Source: Clostridiales bacterium DTU023
GTDB taxonomy: Bacteria > Bacillota > Clostridia > Saccharofermentanales > DTU023
Reading direction: 5' to 3'
Length of the DNA stretch: 40,995 bases
NCBI GenBank assembly: GCA_001512945.1
Contig: LFTF01000061.1
Coordinates: forward strand, 29,165 to 70,159
Below the pieces are notes generated by a model, which was not told the origin of the DNA, ran no database searches, and was given only the letters and a program-made list of their open reading frames with translations. Each line of letters starts with the position of its first letter. The first letter of the stretch is position 1. Shown piece by piece: positions 8,842-18,255 of this stretch. Position numbers and translations under genes: made by a program.

Positions 8842-10455
8842 ATGACGAACAGACGTAAGGGCCCCGTCGCCTTGATTATTTTGGACGGATGGGGGATATC
8901 GGATAAAAAAGAAGGAAACGCTGTACTCGCGGCGCACACGCCATATATTGACGGCCTTTTGGAAAAGTGGCCAAAGGCGGCGATCAAAACAAGTGGTCAC
9001 GATGTGGGACTCCCGGACGGTCAGATGGGCAATTCCGAAGTCGGTCACACAAATATCGGCGCGGGCAGAATTGTTTATCAGGATCTGCTCAGAATTGGCA
9101 ATGCGATTCGAGATGGTTCATTTTACGAGAACGATGCCCTTCTTTGGGCCATGAAACGCGCTGTCGAAAAAAATGTCACGCTTCATCTTGCCGGCCTACT
9201 GTCAGATGGCGGCGTCCACAGCCATCTCACGCATCTTTTCGCTCTGCTCGATATGGCAAAGAATGCGGGAGTGCGTGACGTAGCCATTCATGCGTTTTTT
9301 GACGGTCGCGACACGCCGCCTTCGTCGGGTGCCGGCTATATGGAAGCGCTTCTTGCTCATATTGAAAAAGCAGGGATTGGGAGAATCGCGACGCTTTCAG
9401 GGCGCTACTATGCCATGGACCGCGATAACCGTTGGGATCGCGTAGAACGAGCATACCGCGCATTGACGGCTCAAGGGTTTGCAGGTGAACGGGCAGTTGA
9501 TCCGGTTGCGGCAATTCGTGAATCATACAAACGCGGCGTGACAGATGAATTTATTGTTCCTGTTTTGATGACCAATCCGGACGGCACGCCCGTTGCGCCT
9601 ATAAAAAAGGGTGACAGTTTCATCTTCTTCAATTTTAGGCCTGATCGCGCTCGCGAACTGACGCGAGCATTCTGCGATCCGGATTTTGACAAATTCCCTG
9701 TCGCCCATTCACCGCTTGGTCTCACATATGTAGGGATGGCGGAATACAGCGCTGAATTCGCAGCGTACAAAGATTACCGAACGGCATACCTGCCTCAGAA
9801 CTTGACAGGCATTTTCGGTGAAATAATCGCAGACGCTGGCTTGACGCAGCTTCGCATCGCGGAGACTGAAAAATATGCCCATGTTACATTCTTCTTTAAT
9901 GGCGGTCGTGAAGAACCGTTTGTGGGAGAAGAACGAATCCTTGTGCCTTCACCGTCAGTTGCGACTTATGATCTTCAGCCCGAGATGAGTGCGCCTGAAG
10001 TGACGGACAAATTGCTTGACGTGATTGCCGGGTGTCCGCCTGATGTAATTATTCTCAACTTCGCCAATGGCGATATGATCGGCCACACAGGCATTTTTGA
10101 TGCAGCTGTTATTGCGCTGGAAACGGTAGACCGTTGCCTTGCGAAGATTGTACCTGCTATCCTTGAACGTGGCGGCCTTGCGCTGATCACAGCAGATCAT
10201 GGCAATCTTGAGGAAATGATCGATCCGATCCATGGTGGTCCGTTTACCGCGCACACCACCAATCCTGTCTGGCTCATCGGTGTGGGGCTTGAATGCGGAA
10301 CGCTCGATGAAGGGCGGCTGGCTGATCTTGCGCCTACAATGCTTGATCTGATGGGTTTGAAAAAGTCACAAGACATGACGGGTCATTCGCTATGGCAGAG
10401 GGACAACCGCTGCCAAGACGTGACTATGGAAAAAGACGGCAAGCATTCGGACTGA
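8842..10455 (+). CDS. gpmI: 2,3-bisphosphoglycerate-independent phosphoglycerate mutase
   Basis: 537 aa. PVALIILDGWG, GNSEVGHTNIGAGR and ITADHGN are characteristic iPGM motifs. The ATG directly abuts the pgk-tpiA stop. Confidence 0.9.
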   Translation: MTNRRKGPVALIILDGWGISDKKEGNAVLAAHTPYIDGLLEKWPKAAIKTSGHDVGLPDGQMGNSEVGHTNIGAGRIVYQDLLRIGNAIRDGSFYENDALLWAMKRAVEKNVTLHLAGLLSDGGVHSHLTHLFALLDMAKNAGVRDVAIHAFFDGRDTPPSSGAGYMEALLAHIEKAGIGRIATLSGRYYAMDRDNRWDRVERAYRALTAQGFAGERAVDPVAAIRESYKRGVTDEFIVPVLMTNPDGTPVAPIKKGDSFIFFNFRPDRARELTRAFCDPDFDKFPVAHSPLGLTYVGMAEYSAEFAAYKDYRTAYLPQNLTGIFGEIIADAGLTQLRIAETEKYAHVTFFFNGGREEPFVGEERILVPSPSVATYDLQPEMSAPEVTDKLLDVIAGCPPDVIILNFANGDMIGHTGIFDAAVIALETVDRCLAKIVPAILERGGLALITADHGNLEEMIDPIHGGPFTAHTTNPVWLIGVGLECGTLDEGRLADLAPTMLDLMGLKKSQDMTGHSLWQRDNRCQDVTMEKDGKHSD

Positions 10456-10466
10456 ATATCCGGACG

Positions 10467-10475
10467 TGTTATACT
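10467..10475 (+). promoter_or_regulatory. Possible extended -10 promoter for the PFOR gene
   Basis: TGtTATACT sits 45 nt upstream of ATG 10521. The -35 is poor. Confidence 0.3.
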
Positions 10476-10520
10476 ATTTTAGCTAAATGCGAATGGTTGT
10501 TTTACTTTAGGGGGATTACA

Positions 10521-13500
10521 ATGCCAAAAAATAAGAATTATATAACAATGGATGGGAATACGGCGGCTGCTTACGCATCCTATGCCTTCACAGAGGTTGC
10601 CGGGATCTATCCGATTACACCGTCATCAGGAATGGCGGACAGCGTAGACCAGTGGTCACAGCAGGGAAGAAAAAACCTTTTTGGTCAGAGCGTTCGCGTT
10701 GTTGAGATGCAATCCGAGGGCGGCGCCGCAGGTGTCGTTCATGGGTCGCTTGCGACGGGAGCTTTGACAACAACCTATACTGCATCACAGGGATTGCTCC
10801 TGATGATTCCGAATATGTACAAAATGGCGGGCGAACTGTTGCCGGCTGTTTTCCATGTTACAGCTCGCTCCATTGCCGGTCATGCGCTGTCGATCTTTGG
10901 TGATCACGGCGATGTCATGGCCACTCGACAAACGGGTTTTGCGATCCTTGCCTCTTATGGTGTCCAATCAGCGATGGACCTCGGAGTTGTTGCCCATCTG
11001 GCGGCGATCAAAGGACGAGTGCCCTTTATGCACTTCTTTGACGGATTTAGAACATCACACGAAATCCAAAAAATCGAACAGCTCGACTATTCCGATCTTG
11101 CCGGCCTTATCGATATGGATGCGGTCGAGGCGTTCCGCAGTCGCGGCCTCACGCCCAACGAACCATGTCTGCGCGGGTCAGCACAGAACCCTGACATATT
11201 TTTTCAGGTAAAAGAGGCTGCCAATAAATACTATCTCGCCCTGCCGGAGATTGTCGAACATTACATGGATGAGATCAGCAAACTGACAGGCCGTGAGTAC
11301 AAACCATTTGTCTATCACGGGCATCCTGAAGCTGACGAGATTACAATCTGCATGGGGTCGGTCTACGACACAATTTGTGAAACGGTCGATTACCTGAACG
11401 GCCAGGGCAGAAAGACAGGCGTGGTTCACGTTCATCTCTTCAGGCCTTTTTGCGCGGACCGTCTCCTCAAGGCGATTCCTGCGACAGTAAAAAAGATAGC
11501 AGTGCTCGACCGCACCAAGGAACCCGGCGCACAGGGCGAACCGCTCTTTCTCGATGTCGTATCAGTGCTTTGCGCGGCAGGGCACCAGGCGACCGTTATT
11601 GGTGGCCGCTATGGTCTCGGATCAAAAGATACAACGCCGTCCCAAATCAACGCAGTATATGATTTGCTGACCCAGGATAATCCGCAACCACGCTTCACGA
11701 TCGGAATCAAGGACGATGTGACGAATCTCTCGTTGCCCATTGTCAATCGGATCCAGGTATCACCGAAAGGTACATTTGCCGCGCGCTTCTGGGGACTTGG
11801 CTCTGACGGTACCGTTGGCGCGAATAAGAACTCAATTAAGATCATCGGCGACAATACGCCGATGTACGCGCAGGCTTATTTCTCGTATGATTCAAAAAAA
11901 TCGGGTGGAGTTACCATCTCTGACTTGCGTTTCGGAAATTCGCCGATCCGCGCGCCTTATCTTGTGGAAAGTGCCGATTTTGTGGCCTGTCATAACCAGG
12001 CATATCTCAACCAGTACGACATGCTAAAGACTTTGAAACGAGGAGGATCCTTCCTGCTCAATACGACACGTACGGAAGAGGAGCTCGATGCTTTCCTGCC
12101 CAACCATGTCAAACGCTATCTGGCGGACAACGACATCCGTTTCTATGTCATAGACGCGGTTGCCATCGCTCAGGACTTGGGATTGGGTAACAGGATCAAT
12201 ACGATCTGTCAGGCAAGTTTCTTTAAAATCAGTGAGGTTATTCCCGTCGACGAAGCGATCAGGCACATGAAGACTGCCATTGTCCGTTCGTATGGCGACA
12301 AGGGTGAAGAGATCGTTAATATGAACTACAAGGCCGTTGACGCAGGCATCGCGCAAGTTCATGAGATCAAGGTTCCGGAAAGCTGGCGCGATCTGGAAGA
12401 AACGGCTGTGAAATTCCGCGAAGCCCCTGCGTTCGTGATGGAAATCGCCGACGTGATGAACCGTCAGGAGGGCGATAATCTTCCGGTGTCGGCATTTATG
12501 GATCATGTTGATGGCACATTCCCGCAAGCCACGTCTCAATACGAAAAACGCGGTATCGCTGTGAACGTTCCCAAGTGGATTCCGGAAAATTGCATCCAAT
12601 GCAACCAGTGCGCGTATGTTTGTCCTCACGCCGTTATCCGACCCTTCCTTTTGACAAAAGAAGAGCAGGCTAACGCGCCTGATGGCTTTAAGGCAGTCTC
12701 GGGCAACCGTCCATACGAACAGTACGGTTTCCGTATCCAGATTTCCGCCTTGGATTGCACGGGCTGCGGGTCGTGTGCCCAGGTATGTCCCGCCAAGGAA
12801 AAAGCGCTTGTCATGGAACCACTAGAAGATCACATGGAACAGGCTGATAACTGGAAGTACGCGACCTCGTTATCGACAAAACCAAATCCGATGAACAAAT
12901 CGACCGTCAAAGGCAGCCAGTTTGAGCGGCCGCTGCTCGAATTTTCCGGCGCTTGTGCAGGATGTGGCGAAACGCCCTATGTGCGCCTCGCAACGCAGTT
13001 GTTTGGTGACCGAATGATGATCGCGAACGCGACGGGTTGCACTTCTATCTGGGGAGGATCCGCGCCATCCATGCCTTACTGCGTAAACGACCAAGGATTT
13101 GGTCCCTCATGGGCGAACTCGCTGTTTGAAGATAACGCGGAATATGGACTCGGTATGCACCTCGGTGTCAAACAGCTTCGTGAGCGCGTCAACGGCTACG
13201 TCAAAGAATTATCAGAGCTCGGTGATTTACCGGCTTCGCTGGCGGATGCCATTGCTGTTTGGTTCGACAAAATGGACGAAAAGGAAGGCGCGCGCGCAAC
13301 GGCCGACGCGTTTATTGAGGCGTTAACGAGCGCTGACCTTTCTGTGGAAGCGTGCGTGATCCGTGACAAAATCATGGAACTCAAAGACTATCTGATGCTC
13401 CGCTCAATGTGGATCATCGGAGGAGATGGATGGGCGTACGACATCGGTTACGGTGGTCTCGATCACGTCATGGCCTCGGGTGAAGATATCAATGTGCTTG

Positions 13501-14060
13501 TGCTCGATACAGAAGTTTATTCAAATACCGGAGGGCAAGCCTCCAAAGCAACGCAGCTAGGAGCTGTCGCGCAGTTTGCCGCCGGTGGTAAGCCTATGAA
13601 GAAGAAGGATCTCGGCGTGATGCTGATGACCTATGGTTACGTTTATGTTGCGCAGATCTCGATGGGCGCGAACCAGGCACATACGCTGCGCGTACTCAGA
13701 GAAGCTGAAGCCTGGAATGGTCCCTCGATTGTGATCGCGTATGCTCCATGCATCAACCACGGCATTCGCGGCGGTTTGACACTTTCACAAGAACGTGAAA
13801 AAGCGGCTGTCGAAACAGGTTATTGGCACCTCTGGCGCTACAACCCGGCCGTTCTTTCGGAAGACGGGGACAAGAATCCATTCACACTCGATTCTAAGCC
13901 ACCGACTCGCGATTACAAAGAATTCCTGACACAGGAAGTACGCTACACTTCGCTTTACAAGAAATATGCGAACGATGAAGTCGAGGCAATATTTGCCCGT
14001 GCCCATGAGGCAGCAGAGGAGCGTTATAAAGGCTATCTCAAGCTTGCAAAATCTGAGTAA
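10521..14060 (+). CDS. nifJ: Pyruvate:ferredoxin (flavodoxin) oxidoreductase, single-chain
   Basis: 1179 aa starting MPKNKNYITMDGNTAAAYASYAFTEVAGIYPITPSS, with AGGGGG SD. It has two ferredoxin-type 4Fe-4S motifs (CIQCNQCAYVCP, CTGCGSCAQVCP) and a TPP-binding GGDGWAYDIG...N motif. The upstream extension to 10392 is rejected. Confidence 0.92.
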   Translation: MPKNKNYITMDGNTAAAYASYAFTEVAGIYPITPSSGMADSVDQWSQQGRKNLFGQSVRVVEMQSEGGAAGVVHGSLATGALTTTYTASQGLLLMIPNMYKMAGELLPAVFHVTARSIAGHALSIFGDHGDVMATRQTGFAILASYGVQSAMDLGVVAHLAAIKGRVPFMHFFDGFRTSHEIQKIEQLDYSDLAGLIDMDAVEAFRSRGLTPNEPCLRGSAQNPDIFFQVKEAANKYYLALPEIVEHYMDEISKLTGREYKPFVYHGHPEADEITICMGSVYDTICETVDYLNGQGRKTGVVHVHLFRPFCADRLLKAIPATVKKIAVLDRTKEPGAQGEPLFLDVVSVLCAAGHQATVIGGRYGLGSKDTTPSQINAVYDLLTQDNPQPRFTIGIKDDVTNLSLPIVNRIQVSPKGTFAARFWGLGSDGTVGANKNSIKIIGDNTPMYAQAYFSYDSKKSGGVTISDLRFGNSPIRAPYLVESADFVACHNQAYLNQYDMLKTLKRGGSFLLNTTRTEEELDAFLPNHVKRYLADNDIRFYVIDAVAIAQDLGLGNRINTICQASFFKISEVIPVDEAIRHMKTAIVRSYGDKGEEIVNMNYKAVDAGIAQVHEIKVPESWRDLEETAVKFREAPAFVMEIADVMNRQEGDNLPVSAFMDHVDGTFPQATSQYEKRGIAVNVPKWIPENCIQCNQCAYVCPHAVIRPFLLTKEEQANAPDGFKAVSGNRPYEQYGFRIQISALDCTGCGSCAQVCPAKEKALVMEPLEDHMEQADNWKYATSLSTKPNPMNKSTVKGSQFERPLLEFSGACAGCGETPYVRLATQLFGDRMMIANATGCTSIWGGSAPSMPYCVNDQGFGPSWANSLFEDNAEYGLGMHLGVKQLRERVNGYVKELSELGDLPASLADAIAVWFDKMDEKEGARATADAFIEALTSADLSVEACVIRDKIMELKDYLMLRSMWIIGGDGWAYDIGYGGLDHVMASGEDINVLVLDTEVYSNTGGQASKATQLGAVAQFAAGGKPMKKKDLGVMLMTYGYVYVAQISMGANQAHTLRVLREAEAWNGPSIVIAYAPCINHGIRGGLTLSQEREKAAVETGYWHLWRYNPAVLSEDGDKNPFTLDSKPPTRDYKEFLTQEVRYTSLYKKYANDEVEAIFARAHEAAEERYKGYLKLAKSE

Positions 14061-14104
14061 TGCCGGGCGCAGGAAGATAGTGAATAATTGACTATCAATT
14101 AACA

Positions 14105-14132
14105 AGAGGAGAACCGTTTCTGGTTCTCCTCT
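14105..14132 (+). terminator. Terminator hairpin after the PFOR gene
   Basis: AGAGGAGAACC (14105-14115), 6-nt loop, GGTTCTCCTCT (14122-14132). The downstream T-tract is weak (CTGTCTT). Confidence 0.55.
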
Positions 14133-14235
14133 CTGTCTTACAATAAATCAATTATAAAGACTGTTGGCATTCATCGGTCTTTTTTTGCTAGTATGAGTGC
14201 ACAACAAAAAATTAATGGGAGGAGCCAAGCAACCC

Positions 14236-15255
14236 GTGCGTATTAAAGACAGCCGTTCGATTATGTTCAGTGATACACCTGTTCCAGATCTTTTTATCCA
14301 GGATATGATGCCCAAGTTGAGCGGAAACGCCGTCAAATGCTACCTTTTTCTCAATAGTGTCTTTCACAATGGATCGCGGGACGCAACACGCGCAGATGTT
14401 GCCGATCGTCTGGGTATCTCAGAAGCAGCGGTCGATGAATCGCTCCTGGAGCTGCAAAGCATGCAGCTTATCACAGTCGGGGACCTGGATATTGCCATCA
14501 GCGACCTCAAGATGCATGAGTTGCTAAAACGCTACCGTCCCGTATCATCTTCGTTACCCGGAGATATTGTTGAACGTGAAAACCTCCATGAAGGGCGCGA
14601 AACAATGGTCAATCAAATCAATATGACGTTCTTCCAGGGAATGATGACCTTCACGTGGTACGACCATATTGATCGATGGTTTGAAGGGTATGGCTTTGAT
14701 GCGGAGGTAATGTATGCGCTCTTTCAGGAGGCCGCAAATCATAACCGTCTAGATGGGCCGGGCTATGTGATACGGATTGCCGAAGATTGGGCCGCAGCCG
14801 GTGTGAAGACCTACGATCAGTTATCGGTCTATTATTCGCAGTTCCTTGAAAAAAATAAGCTCAAAGCGCTTGTTGGCAAACGGTTGAGACGGCACCTGTC
14901 TGAGTACGATCTCGAAGACATCGATCGATGGATTGACGAATACGGCTATGGCAAGGAGATCATTGAAGAAGCGTTGTCAAAGACGCGCGGAGCATCGACG
15001 CCAAGTGTGCGATTTGTGAGTGCGATCCTTAAAGACTGGCATGAGCAAGCACTTAAAACGATCGATGACGTGAGAGACTATGAAAACAAACGCCAAGCGG
15101 ATATCACCCGGACAAGGGGCAAGTCACCTTATCGACGTGACAATCGCGACAACTTCACACAAGAGGAAGATCTTTTGCCTGACGATGATGCAGGGTTTGA
15201 TACGCGGATGCCCCGGATCATTACCGAAAACGACCAAGATGAAATAAATTCATGA
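14236..15255 (+). CDS. DnaD-domain replication initiation / helicase-loading protein (Bacillus DnaB/DnaD family)
   Basis: N-terminal winged-helix-like region (PDLFIQDMMPKLSGNAVKCYLFL). Two DnaB_2/DDBH2-like repeats: YGFDAEVMYALFQEAA...VIRIAEDWAAAGVKTYDQL and YGYGKEIIEEALSKT...VSAILKDWHEQALKTIDDV. The start is uncertain: GTG 14236 lies after GGGAGGAG, and the ORF is open from 14197. Confidence 0.7.
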   Translation: MRIKDSRSIMFSDTPVPDLFIQDMMPKLSGNAVKCYLFLNSVFHNGSRDATRADVADRLGISEAAVDESLLELQSMQLITVGDLDIAISDLKMHELLKRYRPVSSSLPGDIVERENLHEGRETMVNQINMTFFQGMMTFTWYDHIDRWFEGYGFDAEVMYALFQEAANHNRLDGPGYVIRIAEDWAAAGVKTYDQLSVYYSQFLEKNKLKALVGKRLRRHLSEYDLEDIDRWIDEYGYGKEIIEEALSKTRGASTPSVRFVSAILKDWHEQALKTIDDVRDYENKRQADITRTRGKSPYRRDNRDNFTQEEDLLPDDDAGFDTRMPRIITENDQDEINS

Positions 15256-16271
15256 TGAGTCTGTCCCAAAAAATTAACGCGGATGTTGTCCGCATTTACG
15301 AACAAAGGCGCAATCAAGCTTTTTATTTGCGCGAGGAACGAGTCAAGCGCATATACGATCAATATCCTGTTTTGGAATCGCTTGATCGCGAATTGAGGAC
15401 TGCAGGACTTGAACAGCTTCAATCCTCACTGGATTGTGTTGCAAGTCAAGGAATAGACGGGAGATCCAAGTCGCTCGCACAAGTTCTTTGTGAACGTACC
15501 GATTTTCTTGCGGAACATGGCATAGCTGACGGCTACTCCAATCTGGCGCACACATGCCGCGCATGTCGCGACACTGGCCGTATCGACGGTGGATGGTGTT
15601 ATTGCCGCAGGCTAATTGTTCAACGTATACTGCCAGATTATTTCCCGGATCCAATGTCTGACGATGCCGTATTTGCCAACTTTAATCTCAATGTATTTGA
15701 CAGCAAACCCCCTGTGAAAGGCAAGGAGGCGTCCGCACGCGATACAATGGCGGACTACCTTCAGATGGCACAGTTCTACTCAGGAAACTTTGACCGTGTT
15801 CGTGATCGCAATCTTTTCTTTTCGGGAGCACCTGGGACAGGGAAAACATTTCTCATGCAATGCATCGGGCACCGGCTCATGGATGAGGGCAAATCGGTTG
15901 TTTATATCACGGCGCCCAATCTCTTTGACCTGATAACACGCTACAAGCGCCAACTTTTAGCTTATCGTCCCGATCCGGAGATGTTAGAGGAGGTCACCAT
16001 GCTCCACAACGCGCTCCTTACCTGGGATCTTCTGTTGCTAGATGATCTGGGTACGGAACCCGCGACGCCGGAGACTTATTCAAATTTGATGATGCTGCTG
16101 GACTCGAGGCAAAATCGAAATCTCGCGACCGTTATCGCATCTAACCTCGCATCACGTGATTTCACAAAGCAATATGACAGTCGTGTCGCCAGTCGTCTTA
16201 GAGGCAATTTTCTCGTCTACCGATTCCCGGGTGATGATCTGCGCCTTCGCGCAAAACATTGCGATAATTAG
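15252..16271 (+). CDS. dnaI: Primosomal helicase loader DnaI (AAA+, DnaC/IstB-like)
   Basis: ATGA overlap with the upstream gene. N-terminal zinc motif CRACRDTG...CYC. Walker A FSGAPGTGKTFL and Walker B LLLLDDLG. Confidence 0.75.
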   Translation: MMSLSQKINADVVRIYEQRRNQAFYLREERVKRIYDQYPVLESLDRELRTAGLEQLQSSLDCVASQGIDGRSKSLAQVLCERTDFLAEHGIADGYSNLAHTCRACRDTGRIDGGWCYCRRLIVQRILPDYFPDPMSDDAVFANFNLNVFDSKPPVKGKEASARDTMADYLQMAQFYSGNFDRVRDRNLFFSGAPGTGKTFLMQCIGHRLMDEGKSVVYITAPNLFDLITRYKRQLLAYRPDPEMLEEVTMLHNALLTWDLLLLDDLGTEPATPETYSNLMMLLDSRQNRNLATVIASNLASRDFTKQYDSRVASRLRGNFLVYRFPGDDLRLRAKHCDN

Positions 16272-16280
16272 GAGAGCGTC

Positions 16281-16652
16281 ATGCAGATCGGAGTTGATCT
16301 CATTCAAGTGGAGCGATTCGAGCAGGTTTGCAACCATCATGGTGATCGCTTTCTTGCACGCGTTTTTACGGACAGGGAACGGGAGATCTGCCGAGGTGAC
16401 TTGCGCCGACTTGCGGGACGATATGCGGCGAAAGAGGCTGTCTCAAAGGCTCTCGGCACTGGCATTGGCACCGGGGGTATTTTGTTTCACGATATTGAGG
16501 TTTTGCGAGACCAAGCAGGTGCTCCTGTGGTCACGCTCCACAACGCGGCAAAAATACGTTTTGATTCAATGTCAGGCTGTTCGCTTGCACTCAGCATCTC
16601 GCATGAGAACGACTACGCAGTCGCTTTTTGTGTTATCGAGACGCTGAACTGA
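16281..16652 (+). CDS. acpS: Holo-[acyl-carrier-protein] synthase (4'-phosphopantetheinyl transferase)
   Basis: 123 aa. MQIGVDLIQVERF...FTDRE...AGRYAAKEAVSKALGTG...ISHENDYAVAF, the typical AcpS layout. Confidence 0.85.
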   Translation: MQIGVDLIQVERFEQVCNHHGDRFLARVFTDREREICRGDLRRLAGRYAAKEAVSKALGTGIGTGGILFHDIEVLRDQAGAPVVTLHNAAKIRFDSMSGCSLALSISHENDYAVAFCVIETLN

Positions 16653-16671
16653 TCGCAAGAAAGAAGAGATC

Positions 16672-17895
16672 ATGGATGAGATAAAACGACCCGAGAACGA
16701 GATTCTGTCTGACAAGATAATCAAACCAGGCAGCCTTGAAGAAGGTCGTTCAGATAAGGATGTTGAGCAATCGGCAAAGATAGCGATTGATCGAGGCCTT
16801 GGGCAAATGCCCGACCTGCAGGATCATGAATCGCCTAAGGACCTGAAAGGAAACCCTGTCTATCTTGATAAAGTTAAGCGCAGGATCCCCCCCTGGCTGA
16901 TTGCGTTTGTAGTTTTCGCCACCTTGATGGCAGGATTATTCCTCGTTGTGCCACAACTGGTGTCGCGACAACCTACTCCGGATATCACGCAACCATCTGA
17001 TGGGACTATGATCCCGGGGTGGGAAGATCATCTCGCTGACAAAGATTCGGCAGTGGTATCTGCTTCATCAGCACCTTTGTTTGCGAAGCCGGATGGGAAC
17101 AGCGCCCGTGTTGCGGAAGCGCTCTTTAACGAACACGTCACCGTGCTTGACGCGAACAGCCGCGATTTTATGAATGTGCGTCTTGATGACGGTGTTACTG
17201 GTTTTATTAAACGATCGTATCTGACGGCGGATACCAGTTCATTGTCGCCAGAAGGTTGCTTGGCAAGAGTTGTTGTTCGGATCCCTTTCAAACGCGTCAT
17301 GAGCCATGCCAGCCAAGGTTCTCTCGTCATCGAGGCCCCTATGGGAAGCACTTTTTTTGCTGATTATCGGAATGGCGATTTGTTGCGGGTCCGTCTTCCC
17401 AACGGAGAATCCGGATGGATCAACGCTTCCGGCGTTCTCTTGCTTGCGCCCACGGGTGTCATTACGCCTGGAGATGATTTTCACCAGCTATTTATCGTGA
17501 CGTTGATGGCGTTTCACGACAGCCCGTTCGTCCCGGGCGGTGTGACAGCCAGGGGGATTAGCCCTGAAGGGGCATTGTTTGTAGCGGGACAGCTGAACGG
17601 TATGAATTTTGCGCGAGATCGCCGGGTGCTTATGCGCCAAGGGCTGGAAGTCGATCTTTCGTTGGACGCAGAAGGTTTGCCTGCTCTCGCGTCAATGGCG
17701 GAAGGCGATATTGTATTCATTCACAAAAAGGGAGATGATACCGCGATTCAAACGATTGGCATCCGCGTCGACGACGATCAGTTGCTCATCGCGCTTGCTA
17801 ACCGATCAACATTTAGAGTCATTGACCTCGCCTCGAGCGAGGCTGTAGAACTTGCTTCGCGTGTCATGGCAGTCAGGCGATTGGTTGCGCCGTAA
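16672..17895 (+). CDS. Membrane-anchored SH3-domain protein with a catalytically degenerate NlpC/P60-like C-terminal domain
   Basis: TM segment WLIAFVVFATLMAGLFLVVPQLV. Two SH3b-like units (FMNVRLDDGVTGFIKRSYL, LLRVRLPNGESGWINASGV). The C-terminus aligns to the P60 domain at 2618-4618, but DCSG is replaced by SPEG, HHVGIYIG by QTIGIRVD, and MIHA by LLIA. Confidence 0.6.
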   Translation: MDEIKRPENEILSDKIIKPGSLEEGRSDKDVEQSAKIAIDRGLGQMPDLQDHESPKDLKGNPVYLDKVKRRIPPWLIAFVVFATLMAGLFLVVPQLVSRQPTPDITQPSDGTMIPGWEDHLADKDSAVVSASSAPLFAKPDGNSARVAEALFNEHVTVLDANSRDFMNVRLDDGVTGFIKRSYLTADTSSLSPEGCLARVVVRIPFKRVMSHASQGSLVIEAPMGSTFFADYRNGDLLRVRLPNGESGWINASGVLLLAPTGVITPGDDFHQLFIVTLMAFHDSPFVPGGVTARGISPEGALFVAGQLNGMNFARDRRVLMRQGLEVDLSLDAEGLPALASMAEGDIVFIHKKGDDTAIQTIGIRVDDDQLLIALANRSTFRVIDLASSEAVELASRVMAVRRLVAP

Positions 17896-17983
17896 GAGCG
17901 GAGGGAACAATATGCCTGTTATGAACATGGGTGGTTGCACTTAAAATGAAGCTTTTCAAGCTGGTGTATAAGGAGAAAATTTA

Positions 17984-18012
17984 TTGACGTTAACCGTATA
18001 AATGTGTACAAT
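17984..18012 (+). promoter_or_regulatory. Sigma-70-type promoter of the nucleoside ABC transporter operon
   Basis: TTGACG (17984-17989), 17-nt spacer, TACAAT (18007-18012). Confidence 0.6.
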
Positions 18013-18018
18013 GTGCTA

Positions 18019-18255
18019 TAGTATTTGCGGTCAAGCGATAGTGCTGTGTAGTACACCAAATAGCATGTCGCAGGATCGTAGCGGTCGTTTTTCGTGGAAT
18101 ATCGATGGAAGAGGCAGGACGACCAGGAGTACGTGAATCGCCGTGTTACGGTCTCACATACGCAAACCAAAGGTGTTTGATCTGCTTTGCAGCATTGAGA
18201 CAGGATAAGCCTCTTCAAGTAAGAAGAATTTAGCAATCATAAGGAGAAAGAAAAG
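18019..18255 (+). promoter_or_regulatory. Long (~235 nt) 5' leader of unknown function upstream of the BMP lipoprotein gene
   Basis: It runs from the predicted transcription start to ATG 18256. It has no convincing ORF and contains local helices, e.g. GGTCGT 18083-18088 pairing with ACGACC 18119-18124. I could not match it to any riboswitch class. Confidence 0.35.

Noticed and set aside
10392-10520. N-terminal 43-codon extension of the PFOR ORF overlapping the end of gpmI
   Set aside because: ATG 10521 is preceded by AGGGGG and gives the canonical PFOR N-terminus (MPKNK...ITMDGNTAAA). The extension has no SD and no homology-like features.
12024-12629. 201-aa minus-strand ORF within the PFOR gene
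   Set aside because: It is antisense to a 1179-aa enzyme with canonical Fe-S and TPP motifs, and there is no independent support for it.
15252-16271. IstB-like AAA+ ATPase as a possible IS21-family helper or mobile element
   Set aside because: The upstream partner is a DnaD-domain replication protein, not an IstA transposase. An N-terminal DnaI zinc motif is present, there are no terminal inverted repeats, and acpS follows. This is the chromosomal dnaB(dnaD)-dnaI pair.
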